Shown in pieces: positions 10,091-20,858 of a stretch of DNA of 64,000 bases; the first letter of the stretch is position 1; every line of letters begins with the position of its first letter. The notes beneath the pieces are model-generated. The model had not been told where the DNA came from. It did no database searches and saw only the letters and a list, made by a program, of their open reading frames with translations. The stretch is from NCBI GenBank assembly GCA_965198115.1, contig OZ240241.1:736001-800000 (forward strand), read 5' to 3'. This DNA comes from Candidatus Latescibacterota bacterium (GTDB taxonomy: Bacteria > Latescibacterota > UBA2968). Both the position numbers and the translations under genes were made by a program.

Positions 10091-12869
10091 TCACGAAGTT
10101 TCGCGGAGGCGGATTACGATCTTCGGATCGAAGTACGTGTTGTTGGGGTAGAAGGCGGGTAGCGAGGTTCGATCACCCTGTCTCGCCCCTTCGATGTGGA
10201 GGAGGGCGAGTGGGAGGGCTGAATCGATGTTGGTCTCGCCCTTCGGGTCGTCTGAGACGATGAGGTCGTCGACCGTGTATTGAGGCAGGATGCGGAGAGC
10301 AAGTGAAGCCGCGCCATCCAGGATAGCGGGGTCTCCGGTCGCATCGTGAAGATCGAGCAGGCCGAAAAGGGCAGCTGCGTCGTTCTGTCCCGTGTTGACC
10401 CAGCCGTGAGGGTCAGCTGGAGAAGCGCATCCTTCCTCCAGAACGGGATTTCCTACCGACGACCACCCCATTCCCACAGCGAGGGACCGGGCGATGTCGA
10501 GAAATCGATCGACCTTCGTCAGCTTGTAGGCTCTAGCATAAGCCAGGAACATCAGTCCATCGGCGGGGACCTTCTTCAGCTTTGAGGGGGGACAATAGCC
10601 GATGCCTTCGTTGCTGTCACCCGGTCCGAGCAGCGTCCCATCGTTGACGCAAGGGATGAAAGCGTGCTGATTCACGTCGTAGCTGTGTTCTGCGAGTGCA
10701 GTCAGGTCTTTGACGATGAAATCTCGAAGGGGACCACCCGCATCCCCCAGAACCTCGAAGGCGTTTCCGAAGCAGATAGCCGCTCGCCCATAGCGTGTCT
10801 TGATGACACCATCCGTGACGACCGTCGTTTCGTTGACATCTTCGCGGCTGTCATAAGGTGGCTTGAAGGACGCGCGAACACGGCACGGATCTCGATGGTT
10901 GAACTGATAGGCGCCGAGCCCCGTCTCTGGATGACGCACTTGATCGTAACGTGAGAGCAGGTTCATAGCCGCTTTCAGACTGTGCTCATTCCCGGTGAAG
11001 GCGTGGTGCATCGTCCCGCTTAGTACTCCTGTTCTCAAATACGGTGACGTATTCTAAGCAGACTTTGCCAAGGGCGTATCGTAGAACCTGAGTTTGTCGA
11101 TCATCTCCGCGAGATCTGTTCGTGTGAACTTCCATTTGAAGGGTGTGGCGATACGTCCGTAGCGTTCCTGAAAACCGAGGATTCTTGCCTCAAGCTCTTC
11201 GAGCGATGCAAATTCGATAGGTGTCAGAGCCTTGCGTTTGAGGATCGAGAAGTAGATCTCGATCTGATTGAGCCAGCTTGCGTGGATCGGAAGGTGAACG
11301 GGGTGGATGTTTGGCCACTTCCCCTGGATACGGTCGATGCATGTTTGCCCTCGGTGCGAGGAGCCATTATCCACGATGAGGTAGACTTTCTTTGCCGAGC
11401 AATAGGGTTTCCGGCTCATGATCAGGCTCAGGAGCCGGTTGAAGGGCTCGATACCCGAAGAAGACTCACAGAGACCGAAGATTCGACCATTGTGCACGTC
11501 GAGAGCAGCCAGATAGGCCAGGGCTCCTTTCCGCTCGTATTCGTGTTCAACGCGTGCCGCTCTGTTCGAGGCTGGCGGTAGGGTAACGTGCTTGCGAGCT
11601 CGTGCTTGAATACTGGTCTTTTCGTCGGCAGAAAGTACATATTCCCTCGGCCCTAAAGGCTTTCCTTGCCATTGGCGGTGATACAGATCAAGGACTCTAC
11701 CTGCTTTGGTTTGGAAGTCCGGGTCCCGTGGGAAAATCCAGGAGCGATGATACCAAGGACGAATCGCGTCCTCGTTCAACCAGCGCCAGACAGTGGCGCC
11801 GCTGATCTTGGCAACGAAGCCCCTTTGCACTGCCTCGGCGGCAATCTCGGAACAGCTGAACCGCGAGAGCGGTATCCCGCTCTCGCTCGGTAGTTCACAC
11901 GCCAGCGCCTTGATCTGAACGACCACCTGAGGGGGGAAAACCGGGCGGGCGCCCGGGACGAGATCTATCTTCGAGTCCCGAAAGACGCTCTTCGAAAAAG
12001 CGCTTACGCCATTTGCTTACGATCGGACGCGGGACATCCAACCGTTGGGCGATAATCTTGTTGGATAATCCCTCGGCGGCGAGAAGCACGATTTTCGATC
12101 GGATCACTTGATAATACGGTAACGTATATTGTCCAGCCATTCGCTCGAGGTCGACCCGTTCCTTCTCAGACAGTAGCACCACATAAGGCGAACGTCTTGG
12201 CATTGTTCTCCTCCTTTTGAAGGAGAACATAAGCTACAAATAATGTTCAGAACATACGTAATAATATTTATGAAATCATGCACTAAGGATGAGATCGCTG
12301 CCCGTGTTGATGAACGAGAGTGCCGTGTTTTCCACGATCGGTAGAGCGCCGCCCGTGAAATCTTCGTGCCACTTCGTTTCCCACGACTCATACAGTCCGT
12401 GTCGGTTGAAAAGGAGGGTCTGCCAGTCCCAGATGTGGGCGTGCCAGAAGGCTTCGATGAAGCGGGTCGTGACTTCGGGGTTGACGCGGTTGAGATAAGG
12501 ATAGTGCGGATAGACGCACTTCATCTCATGGTTGCCGAGGATGGGTTCGTCGGCGAGGAGGTCGTAGCTGGTGTGACCACCCCAGTAGAGCAGGCCGGAT
12601 TCAGGATCGACCGATCGATCCAGCGCGAAGTCGATCCACTCGTCCGCGTGTTCGTGATACCGAGCGTCACCGGTCAGTCTACCGAGCGTGTCTAGCGCAC
12701 GAAGGTGATTCTGCTGACAAGCGAGGTTGGCGGTGACCTGGCCGCACCAGTGCGAGGGTTCGCCAGAGGACAGGTCCAATCCGTCGGCCAGGAGGGGTCC
12801 CGCGCCTGCGTGGCAACGTCTTGTGACGGCCTCGACGTGCGCGATGACACTGTCGGTAAGCGAGGTCAC
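10091..12869 (-). pseudogene. PL2-like pectate (disaccharide) lyase split by IS630
   Basis: N-part PLLADG, NLACQQN, LLYWGGH, HEMK, FNRHG, LSFINTGSDL; removing the IS plus 3 bp rejoins it in frame to GTMHH...YQFN. Confidence 0.7.
11023..12283 (-). mobile_element. IS630-family element, copy 1 (HTH ORF 11895-12230 plus DDE ORF 11054-11926)
   Basis: SADEKT, IVDNGSSH, HASWLNQIEIYF; ends GTGCATGATTTC / ACAGGAGTAC; near-identical to 29579-30840. Confidence 0.95.
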
Positions 12870-12895
12870 TAGTTTCTCAACCTGTCAGGAGCCGG

Positions 12896-14341
12896 TCAGT
12901 AACGATCGTCTTTCGTCGTGACCGGGCACCAGCGTGCGGTGAAGAGCGCATCGAGAAGGATGTCATTGGCTTCCGTGGTCCCGATATGTCGCAGAGCGAG
13001 CTCACCGTAGAATCGGTTGTAGCGGTTTTCATCTTCCAACAGCGGAACGAGCTGTTGAGTCGCAGAGGCGGCCGAGGACCCCAGTTTTATCACGGCGAGC
13101 GCTGCGCTGCGGCGAACACGATAATCTTCGTCATCCAGGCCGCGGCGAACGGTGTCGACGATCTCCATCCGGTCATCGTCGAGCCGGCCGAGTGCTTCGA
13201 TCGCGTTTCGTCTGACCCACCAGTGGTTGTCAGAAGCCGCCTGACGAAGTGTGTCGCTTGCGGGCTGGGCAACCGTTCCCATTCGGCTGACCGTGTTGGT
13301 TGCTACGGCACGCACCCACCACTCGTCTTCTTCAAGGATCACCCGTTCAAGCTCGGGGATGGCGACGGACCCGGCGGCGGTCAGGCCCTGCGAAGCGCAT
13401 CCGGCCGTGGGGTTCGTCCCGTGGAGGTTGTCTGCCGGCGTCGCGGTCGTCTCGTCGATGTTGTCGATGGTTTCCCTGCGCATCGCCTCGATCAATGGAG
13501 CTACTGCATCGGCGCCGGTGGACGCGAGACGGTAGGACGCATCCAGCCTGACGGATTCGGTGCGATCGGAGAGGCTGCTGGAGAGGTCTACGATCGAATC
13601 GCCGTTCGCGGAAGGTTTGGAACCCTGGTTGCCGCAAAGCCATTGCCAGACGTCACGCGAAACAGCTGGATGTGGATCCTCGATTCCGGGCGACCAAACG
13701 GAACTGCGATGGTCCCAGCTCGGTTCGCCGGGTTCGGACGTGCGGGCGAACTGGAACTTCAGCATATAACGATTTCGCTCGCTCGTGTTCTTCGTCGCGC
13801 GATGCCAGGAATCGAAGTGGATGAGCGCGACCGTTCCGGCAGGGCCACAGACCGAGAGCGACTCCTCCGTGGTCTTGTCAGCGTCCGGATCGCTGATGAA
13901 TCTTTGGAATTGGGTCTGCGGCAGGATTCCGGATGGCCCCATCTCCATCGTCGTGTTTTGAGGATAATAGAAGGCCAGGATCCAGTCGAAGCGCGGATGA
14001 CGGATGTTGTGGTCGAAGACGTAACAATCTTTGTGCCACTTCTGTCCGCCACTTCCCGGTGGGTTCAGGTGACCGTGGCGGTGCGGATTCAGGATGTATC
14101 CAGGTCCAAGCAGGCTGGTCAGGGCACCCGCGACATTCGGATGTTCAAAGACCCGACCGATTTCGGGTATCCGAGGCAGGATGTTGTTCCCGATGTTCCC
14201 CTCGGTTTCGTAGACGTTTTCGATTGTCGTACGAATCCGCTCGTGAAGGTCCGTGGCTCCGTCCGCCTCTACAATCACGTATCCGTTGACGATGAATTGC
14301 TGGACTTGCTCGTCCGTTAGGAGGTTGAGTGGGTCCGCCAT
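12896..14341 (-). CDS. PhyH-family dioxygenase fused to HEAT repeats
   Basis: WHKD, AGTVALIHFDSWH, NRYMLK; C-terminal WWVRAVA / WWVRRNA / YRVRRSA repeats. Confidence 0.88.
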   Translation of the reverse strand: MADPLNLLTDEQVQQFIVNGYVIVEADGATDLHERIRTTIENVYETEGNIGNNILPRIPEIGRVFEHPNVAGALTSLLGPGYILNPHRHGHLNPPGSGGQKWHKDCYVFDHNIRHPRFDWILAFYYPQNTTMEMGPSGILPQTQFQRFISDPDADKTTEESLSVCGPAGTVALIHFDSWHRATKNTSERNRYMLKFQFARTSEPGEPSWDHRSSVWSPGIEDPHPAVSRDVWQWLCGNQGSKPSANGDSIVDLSSSLSDRTESVRLDASYRLASTGADAVAPLIEAMRRETIDNIDETTATPADNLHGTNPTAGCASQGLTAAGSVAIPELERVILEEDEWWVRAVATNTVSRMGTVAQPASDTLRQAASDNHWWVRRNAIEALGRLDDDRMEIVDTVRRGLDDEDYRVRRSAALAVIKLGSSAASATQQLVPLLEDENRYNRFYGELALRHIGTTEANDILLDALFTARWCPVTTKDDRY

Positions 14342-15594
14342 TAGTCCCCGAAATAGCCGCGGGATGCCCAGACCTTTTTCGAGAGGGTCAGGGCTTCTGA
14401 TGAGGGTTTGATGTGGCCGAGGACGCTGCTCGGTGGTTGACCCTTACGCTTGCGGGCAGGATCGGGAGACCAGTCGTCGTTCGCGTACTTCCTGCGGACG
14501 GATTCCTTCCGAAAGTCGGGAATCTCGTAGGGTGCTGAATCGTCCAGCGCCGAACGCCAGGCCTGGATCCCGGCGATGCTCATATCCACTCCCGTGTAGA
14601 CGTCGAGGTCGGGAGGTTCACCCGTCTGGATCGCACGGGCGAAGTGGTAGGACGTGAAGAAATCGCCTCCGCTGTGGCCTGCTTGGCTCGCCTGGTCGTG
14701 GTGGACTGGGAAATCAGGCGTGTAGACGGTTTCGACGGGCTCGCCCTTCTTCTTTTCCCACGCCTCGCGCCAGACTTTCAGACGATGACGGTCTCCGTGA
14801 CGGCAGTTTTCCATCATTCCTTTGTTGCCGTGGATCCGCACGTAGTTTCCGTGCCCCCGGAGCGCGCCGTGGATCGCCTTCATCACCGCGCCGTTGTCCA
14901 TCCGACAGATGATCACGCAGCTGGTGTCGCTCCGCTTCATCGAATGGGTCATCGTCGGATCGCCGAAGTCGTAGGGCACGACGAATCCGTTCACTTTGAC
15001 GGGTCGCGTGCCGGTTATGTGCATCACGGGTGCGATGGAGTGCGTGCAGTAATAGGTTGCCGGGATCCAGTTGCGCCAGTGATCCTTTCCGCAGCTTCGA
15101 CCGAGTTTGACTTCAGGCGGGTCCGGATGGACGTACTCGCCTTCACCGTATTTGAACTCCCCGACCAGACCCTTTTGATATAAGCGGCGCATCTCCTGAT
15201 TGTAGGCCGAGTAGGGATAGTTCTCCGCGAACATATAGATGAGACCGCTCTTCTCGACTGCCCGGGCGAGCGCGACGCCTTCGCCAAGCGTGCTGCACGC
15301 GGCCGTCTCGCTCATCACGTGCTTGCCTGCGGCGAGGGCCTTGATCGCGAACGGAGCGTGCTGATGGAAATAGTTCGCGAGGATGACGGCATCGATGTCG
15401 TGCTCGAGGAACCGGTCGTAGTCAGTGTAGGTTTCGACACCGAGCTGTTCGCCGGCGACCTTGAGCCGCTCTTCCCAGGTGTCGCACAAGGCGACGACTT
15501 TCAATCCGGAAGCCGCCGCGACGCCCATCCTCGCCCCGCGCCCGACACCGACGACACCGACTTGGATCGTGCTGCGTTTTACTCGTTTGGGCAT
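14341..15594 (-). CDS. Gfo/Idh/MocA oxidoreductase
   Basis: VGVVGVGRG, HVMSETAA, AENY, YGEGEYVH, YCTHS, GHSGGDF. Confidence 0.9.
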   Translation of the reverse strand: MPKRVKRSTIQVGVVGVGRGARMGVAAASGLKVVALCDTWEERLKVAGEQLGVETYTDYDRFLEHDIDAVILANYFHQHAPFAIKALAAGKHVMSETAACSTLGEGVALARAVEKSGLIYMFAENYPYSAYNQEMRRLYQKGLVGEFKYGEGEYVHPDPPEVKLGRSCGKDHWRNWIPATYYCTHSIAPVMHITGTRPVKVNGFVVPYDFGDPTMTHSMKRSDTSCVIICRMDNGAVMKAIHGALRGHGNYVRIHGNKGMMENCRHGDRHRLKVWREAWEKKKGEPVETVYTPDFPVHHDQASQAGHSGGDFFTSYHFARAIQTGEPPDLDVYTGVDMSIAGIQAWRSALDDSAPYEIPDFRKESVRRKYANDDWSPDPARKRKGQPPSSVLGHIKPSSEALTLSKKVWASRGYFGD

Positions 15595-15615
15595 TGGTGG
15601 CTCCTTAGGACCGAT

Positions 15616-15800
15616 CCGCTCATCCTGAGTAGCGATATCAGGATTCTGAGCTGGAGGTACCGTTTAAAGGACGACTGACTCGCATATCGAAGGATGCGTT
15701 CTGTTATCGTCCACCGTTCGTCCTTCGATATGGGGATCGTCAGCATTCTGAACTTTTCGGCACAGAGGTTCTTCTCGATACCCCTACTCAGGATGAACGG
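15616..15800. repeat. Nested REP/REPIN-like palindromic element
   Basis: Outer arms CCGCTCATCCTGAGTAG / CTACTCAGGATGAACGG (16/17 match); inner arms CATATCGAAGGATG / CGTCCTTCGATATG. Confidence 0.85.
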
Positions 15801-15817
15801 TTGCCTTTGCCCGACAC

Positions 15818-16771
15818 TCACGAGCTCTTCCTTGCCAACTTCTGCATCGACCGCGGTTCTCGTGGCGGATCCATTTTGCTGCCGTAGTCGCTCCAGCTCA
15901 CCTCGGCCACATAGATGCTGCCCTGAGAGTCGACTGCAATCCCGTGCGGGGAGTAGAAGCGCCCCGGTTCGTCGCCGAACGACTGCGTACCCAGCCGGGC
16001 TCTGACGTTCCCTTTCAGGTCCATCACCGAAACACGCGGTCCGAGGCCGGTGCCCATCGTGTTGCTGCCGATGCCGCAGAAGTATTCGCCCAAGTAGACG
16101 TCGGGGTCGTTGCCGCTTCCGATGGTGATCGCGGCGACTCGGGACATATCATTCCATTGAGCGATAAAACCGCCGTCGTTGTCGAAGACCTGAACACGCT
16201 GGTTTTCGCGGTCGGCGATGTAGACGAGGCCATCCTTATCTACGACGATGTTGTGGACGATGTTGAACTGGCCTGGATCGGTGCCGGATTCGCCCCAGGA
16301 CGTGAGTAAACGGCCCGTCGGGTCGTACTTGTGAACGCGCGCGTTGGTGTAACCATCCGCCACGAACACGTTGCTGTTGTTCGGATCGATGGCGACCTGG
16401 CAGGGGCGGTTGAAAGGGTCCCCACTCATCGCGGGGGCTGGCAGACCACCCTGGAGCTGGAGCAGCTTTTCGCCCTTCCGCGAGAATTTCTTGACCGTGT
16501 GATCCCCGTTGTCCACACACCAGACCGAGTCATCCGGGCCGATGGTCACCCCGTGTGGATTCGTGAATTCGCCGTCTCCCCACGTGTCGAGGATATCACC
16601 ATCAGCGTTGAAAACGATCATCGGGTGCGTGCCACGGTTGAAGACATAGACTTTGTCGTCTTCGTCGACTGCGACGGCCGTGGCTTCCTTATAGGTCCAG
16701 TCGTCGGGGATCTTACCCCAGTTTTCGCCCGATGTTTCGTATGTGTACGCGCCGGATCCTAGCTCAACCAT
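15818..16771 (-). CDS. NHL-repeat peptidyl-alpha-hydroxyglycine alpha-amidating lyase (PAL)-like protein
   Basis: NPHG, VADGYTNARV, FNIVHNI, ADRENQRVQ, FYSPHGI; ATG at 16771 after GGAGAAGG. Confidence 0.85.
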   Translation of the reverse strand: MVELGSGAYTYETSGENWGKIPDDWTYKEATAVAVDEDDKVYVFNRGTHPMIVFNADGDILDTWGDGEFTNPHGVTIGPDDSVWCVDNGDHTVKKFSRKGEKLLQLQGGLPAPAMSGDPFNRPCQVAIDPNNSNVFVADGYTNARVHKYDPTGRLLTSWGESGTDPGQFNIVHNIVVDKDGLVYIADRENQRVQVFDNDGGFIAQWNDMSRVAAITIGSGNDPDVYLGEYFCGIGSNTMGTGLGPRVSVMDLKGNVRARLGTQSFGDEPGRFYSPHGIAVDSQGSIYVAEVSWSDYGSKMDPPREPRSMQKLARKSS

Positions 16772-17531
16772 TGCCTTCTCCTTTGGATGTGTTCTCCGCT
16801 TCGAGTTTGAGTCGATCGTAGTAGCCGGGATTCTGCTCGACCTCTGCGAGTAGCGTGTCAACATAATCACGAATGCCGAAGCAGCGGCTGTCGGAATCTC
16901 CGACCTGCCCTCGCCTGACCCGTCCCTGCCTCTCCCAGAAATCCCCAAGCCGTCCGCGATCCAGACGGAGGAATTCGGCGGCCGGGTCTCTGTCGAGCTG
17001 TTGTTCCCAATACAGGGCTTCGACGACGTGACAATAGGTAGACGTCTCGTAGTCGACGCCCAGCATCAGGACGTGTCCGTCGCGGTGGTAGGCCTTCAAC
17101 ATCGGGGCGTTTCGGCCGTGAGTCCTGCCCCAGGGCGCGCGGTCCCACGGCGTCTCGGGGCCCTCGTCGCTGAGATGATCTCCGACGAATGCGCTCGCGT
17201 CCTTCCCTCGTGCGGCGGTCGAGTGGGAATAGTGATCGGATCGGTAGGTGTCGGGTAGTCGTCGGAAGTACTCGGTGATCCAGCCGACCGAAGAGGGCGT
17301 GTCCGTGACGCTCCAGCGGGCTGCGCGTTCATCCCTTCCGCCGATCAGGTTGAACGAGGGCATCACGATCAGCCCATCGGGTCCGACGACGTCTTCCATC
17401 GCGCGGATGACGGTTTTGACACCGCTCTCTACGGGACCCAGGCTCTTGAATGAGGAGTGGACGAACATCAGGTCGCCCTCGACGATCCTGAGTGTTCGAA
17501 GATCCTCGGCCAGGGTCGCACGGGTGTGCAT
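16764..17531 (-). CDS. AAC(3)-family (YokD-like) N-acetyltransferase
   Basis: FVHSSFKSLG, GLIVMPSF, GWITEYFR, RSDHYSHS, LMLGVDY, TYCHVVE. Confidence 0.9.
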   Translation of the reverse strand: MHTRATLAEDLRTLRIVEGDLMFVHSSFKSLGPVESGVKTVIRAMEDVVGPDGLIVMPSFNLIGGRDERAARWSVTDTPSSVGWITEYFRRLPDTYRSDHYSHSTAARGKDASAFVGDHLSDEGPETPWDRAPWGRTHGRNAPMLKAYHRDGHVLMLGVDYETSTYCHVVEALYWEQQLDRDPAAEFLRLDRGRLGDFWERQGRVRRGQVGDSDSRCFGIRDYVDTLLAEVEQNPGYYDRLKLEAENTSKGEGNG

Positions 17532-18271
17532 CAGACGTCCACCCGCTGGTAGGCGATGGCATAGAAGGCTTTCGTCTCACCCGACCGGTTTGGTTCACTG
17601 CGGTGCCAGGTGTAATTCGTAAAGAAGAGTCCGTCGCCAGGGTTTGTCTGAATCAATTGCTCTCGATCCGAATCGATTGCGGAGTGGGGAATACGATGGC
17701 GCTTGAAGGGCTCAAAGCTGCCGTCCTTGACGTGACCCATCGGCGGGTCGTCGAAATAGGACTCGTGTTCAGTCAGCCGCCAGCCCTGGTGACTGCCGGG
17801 CATTACTGCGAGGGCGATGGCATCCTGCCCCACATCCTGCAGCGGTATCCAGCAATTGCAGCCGCGTTCGGGCTCGATCTTCCAGTACCAGGAGTCCTGG
17901 TGGAAGTAACTCCGTCCACCCTGATCCGAATCCAGCCATCCGTGTTTGACTCCGATCTGGTCGGTGTAGAGTTCGACCTTCCCGCCGAGCAAGGAAGCCA
18001 TTGCCTCTGCGAGGCCGGCGTGTTGGGCCAGGCGTGCGAAGACTTCCTCCTCGGAAGCGGGTCGCTGGATACCCACTGGAATGGGTCCGCCCCCCGACGA
18101 CCGGTGGTAGGAGGGATCGAGATCCTGGAATCAGCGGGGATCCCAACCGGGGCGCCGGTCGACGATCTCGGTGACCCTCTGTCTGCAGGCCTGGACAAGG
18201 TCGGGAGGGATCAGGTCAGGCAGGAGGCAGTAACCACTTGCTTCGTATTCGGCTGCAATGGGGGCATCCAT
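17531..18271 (-). pseudogene. PhyH-family dioxygenase with an in-frame TGA at 18131-18133
   Basis: YEASGYCLLPDLI...WDPR*FQDLDP...FHQDSWYW...PGSH...TWHRSEPN all in one frame. Confidence 0.8.
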
Positions 18272-18374
18272 CGGGATCGTGCTCTCCTGGTTCGCCGCAA
18301 GTAAGCACCGATCGAGAGGGTGGGCAAGAGAGCGAGCAACGGCCCTCACTGGGACATATGCGCTCCGTGTTCCC

Positions 18375-18398
18375 AAAAGTGGCCCCGAGGCCACTTTT
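18375..18398. promoter_or_regulatory. Perfect 10-bp inverted repeat in a divergent intergenic region
   Basis: AAAAGTGGCC-ccga-GGCCACTTTT; function (operator or terminator) unknown. Confidence 0.45.
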
Positions 18399-18573
18399 TC
18401 GATCGCCTACTCGATCGTGGGCTTCCGGCCTTGGATGGCGGGCGCAATTTAGAGGTTGCGCAGTTCCGATGGATGATGTAACCATCTTATTCCTCGGGAC
18501 TTGAGACAGGACATCTCCCCGTAGCCCGTCACGGACAGATACCCAAGGGCTGCACCTGGTGAAAGGAAAACTC

Positions 18574-19560
18574 GTGGCAGATAAAGCACCGTGGATTACC
18601 TATCGACCCACTCTGAAGGTTCTGGATTGCACGATTCGCGACGGTGGGCTGGTCAACGACCACGACTTTACGGATGAGATTGTGCGTGCCGTTTACGATA
18701 CGTGCGTAGCCGCCGGTATCGACGCGATGGAGATCGGTTACAAGAACTCACCCGATATGTTTCCGAAGGGCGAATTCGGCCCGTGGCGCCATTGTGACGA
18801 GGAAGATCTGCGCCGCGTGGTGGGCGACCACGATCCCGAGACGACCGGGCTCAAGCTGTCGGCGATGGCCGATGCGGGGGGAAAGTCCAACTGGAAGGAG
18901 CAGATCGAGCTCTCCTCGGATAGCGTTCTCGATATGATTCGGGTCGCGTTTTACGCGCATCAGACGTCGGAAGCTGTTGAGATGCTTCACCACGCCCACG
19001 AGTTGGGCTACGAGACGATGGCCAACCTGATGGCGGTGTCGAACATCACGGAAATCGAAGTCGACGCCGTGCTCGAAGCGATCAAGTCGAGTCCGGCGGG
19101 AACGATGGTGATTGTCGACAGTTTTGGGCATCTCTACAGGGAACAGATCGATCTGCTCTACAACAAATATGCCGAGGCGATGGAGGGGACGGGTAAGGAG
19201 ATCGGGATCCACGCGCACAACAATATGCAGCTCGCCTTCGCCAACACGATCGAGGCGATTATTCTGGGCTCGGACCGTGCGGATGCGACGATGGCGGGAC
19301 TCGGTCGTGGTGCGGGCAACTGTCCGATGGAGTTGTTGCTCGGGTTCCTGCGGAACCCGAAGTTCGATCTTCGCCCCGTGATTCAGCTGCTCAGGGATCA
19401 TATGGATCCGCTTCGGAAAAAGGTCGAGTGGGGACCGCTCGTGCCCTACAACATTACCGGGCAGCTGAACCTGCATCCCAGAGCTGCGATGGAGTTCCGG
19501 GTGACCAAGGAGAAGAACGACTACGTGAAGTTTTACGATTCGATCCTTGCTGACATTTAG
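18574..19560 (+). CDS. DRE-TIM (HMGL-like) aldolase, 4-hydroxy-2-oxovalerate aldolase-like
   Basis: LDCTIRDGG, IVDSFG, IGIHAHNN, GLGRGAGNCPME; GTG after AAAGGA. Confidence 0.88.
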   Translation: MADKAPWITYRPTLKVLDCTIRDGGLVNDHDFTDEIVRAVYDTCVAAGIDAMEIGYKNSPDMFPKGEFGPWRHCDEEDLRRVVGDHDPETTGLKLSAMADAGGKSNWKEQIELSSDSVLDMIRVAFYAHQTSEAVEMLHHAHELGYETMANLMAVSNITEIEVDAVLEAIKSSPAGTMVIVDSFGHLYREQIDLLYNKYAEAMEGTGKEIGIHAHNNMQLAFANTIEAIILGSDRADATMAGLGRGAGNCPMELLLGFLRNPKFDLRPVIQLLRDHMDPLRKKVEWGPLVPYNITGQLNLHPRAAMEFRVTKEKNDYVKFYDSILADI

Positions 19561-19643
19561 GTGAATCGGCAAAAGGCTTTGCAGTTTCGAGATGAGGATC
19601 GTGCACACGGCGCGATCCTCTCTCTTTATGGGCGGAAGATCGG

Positions 19644-20858
19644 GTGACCCTACAGAATCCGTTTCGTGAGTGGAACAGGGACTTCAGGCTTCTGGCCGCC
19701 GGAATGTTTTCCCTCGGCGTGTATTTCGGGATCCGGCACACGCTCTTCAACAATTTCATCGTCGAGCGGCTCGGCGTCGAAGCGCACCAGCTGGGTTTGA
19801 TCGAATCACTACGCGAGTTCCCCGGATTCCTGAATGTTCTGTTTATCGCGCTGATGATACGGATGTCGCCTCCCATCGTAGCCGCGGCGTCGCTCGTCGT
19901 GATGGGGGTCGCCATCGCTGCCTATTCGGAGATTTCCACGGTCTTCCAGCTGGGGGCGTTCGCGGTCTTCGGAAGCCTCGGCTTTCACAGCTGGCTACCG
20001 ATGCAGCAAGCCCTGGGGCTGGCCTATTCTCCTCCTGGGGACAAGGGGAAGTGGTTGGGTCAGCTGCGTAGCGTGACGAGTGCTTCCACGCTCGTGATGA
20101 TCGGCACCTGCCTCCTCGTGTTTGAATACCTCCACTACGAGGGTCTGTTTCTGCTGGCGGGGGCGGCCGTCATCGTGGGTGGGTTGACGATTTCGGTGGC
20201 TTCTCGCCCGGAGACGCACGTCGATCAGAAGAGCTTCGTGCTGCGGCGACGCTACTGGGTCTACTACGCGTTGAACGTGCTTCAGGGTGTGCGCCGGCAG
20301 ATGTTCATCACCTTCGCGATCTTCGCCCTGGTGAAGGTGCACGGAATGCCCGTCCGTACGACGATGATCTTGGTGCTGATCAACCAGGTTCTGATCACGG
20401 TCACGTCGCCTGCGGTCGGGGGTCTGGTGGATCGTCTGGGTGAACGGCTGATGTTGAGTATCAGCTACATCGGATTGACGATCATCTTCACGGGCTATGC
20501 ACTCATTCAGGATCGCCCCACGCTCTATGTTCTGTTCTGTCTGGATAATCTGATCTTCTTCGGTCCACTCGCGATGACGATCTACATTCACAAGATCACC
20601 CCCGCCGAGGAATTGAGACCGACGCTCTCGATGGGCGTGACGATGAACCACGTCGCGGCCGTGATCGGACCTTTCGTGGGAGGGCTGGCGTGGAAAGCGT
20701 TCGGATACGAGGTGATCTTCTTGAGTGGGGCCGCCATCGCCGCCCTGTCGCTCGTGATGAGTCAGTGGGTGGATCCGGAAGGTCTCCTCGCACGGGAGGC
20801 TGAAAAACAACGAATCAACGATGAACAGTCTGCGTTGGCAGAGGAGGCTACGTCGTGA
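19644..20858 (+). CDS. MFS transporter
   Basis: About 12 hydrophobic segments; ESLREFPG, GGLVDRLGER. Confidence 0.88.
   Translation: MTLQNPFREWNRDFRLLAAGMFSLGVYFGIRHTLFNNFIVERLGVEAHQLGLIESLREFPGFLNVLFIALMIRMSPPIVAAASLVVMGVAIAAYSEISTVFQLGAFAVFGSLGFHSWLPMQQALGLAYSPPGDKGKWLGQLRSVTSASTLVMIGTCLLVFEYLHYEGLFLLAGAAVIVGGLTISVASRPETHVDQKSFVLRRRYWVYYALNVLQGVRRQMFITFAIFALVKVHGMPVRTTMILVLINQVLITVTSPAVGGLVDRLGERLMLSISYIGLTIIFTGYALIQDRPTLYVLFCLDNLIFFGPLAMTIYIHKITPAEELRPTLSMGVTMNHVAAVIGPFVGGLAWKAFGYEVIFLSGAAIAALSLVMSQWVDPEGLLAREAEKQRINDEQSALAEEATS

Noticed and set aside
16764-17531. Acquired aminoglycoside resistance gene
   Set aside because: Embedded in a metabolic operon with no mobile context; family membership does not show resistance
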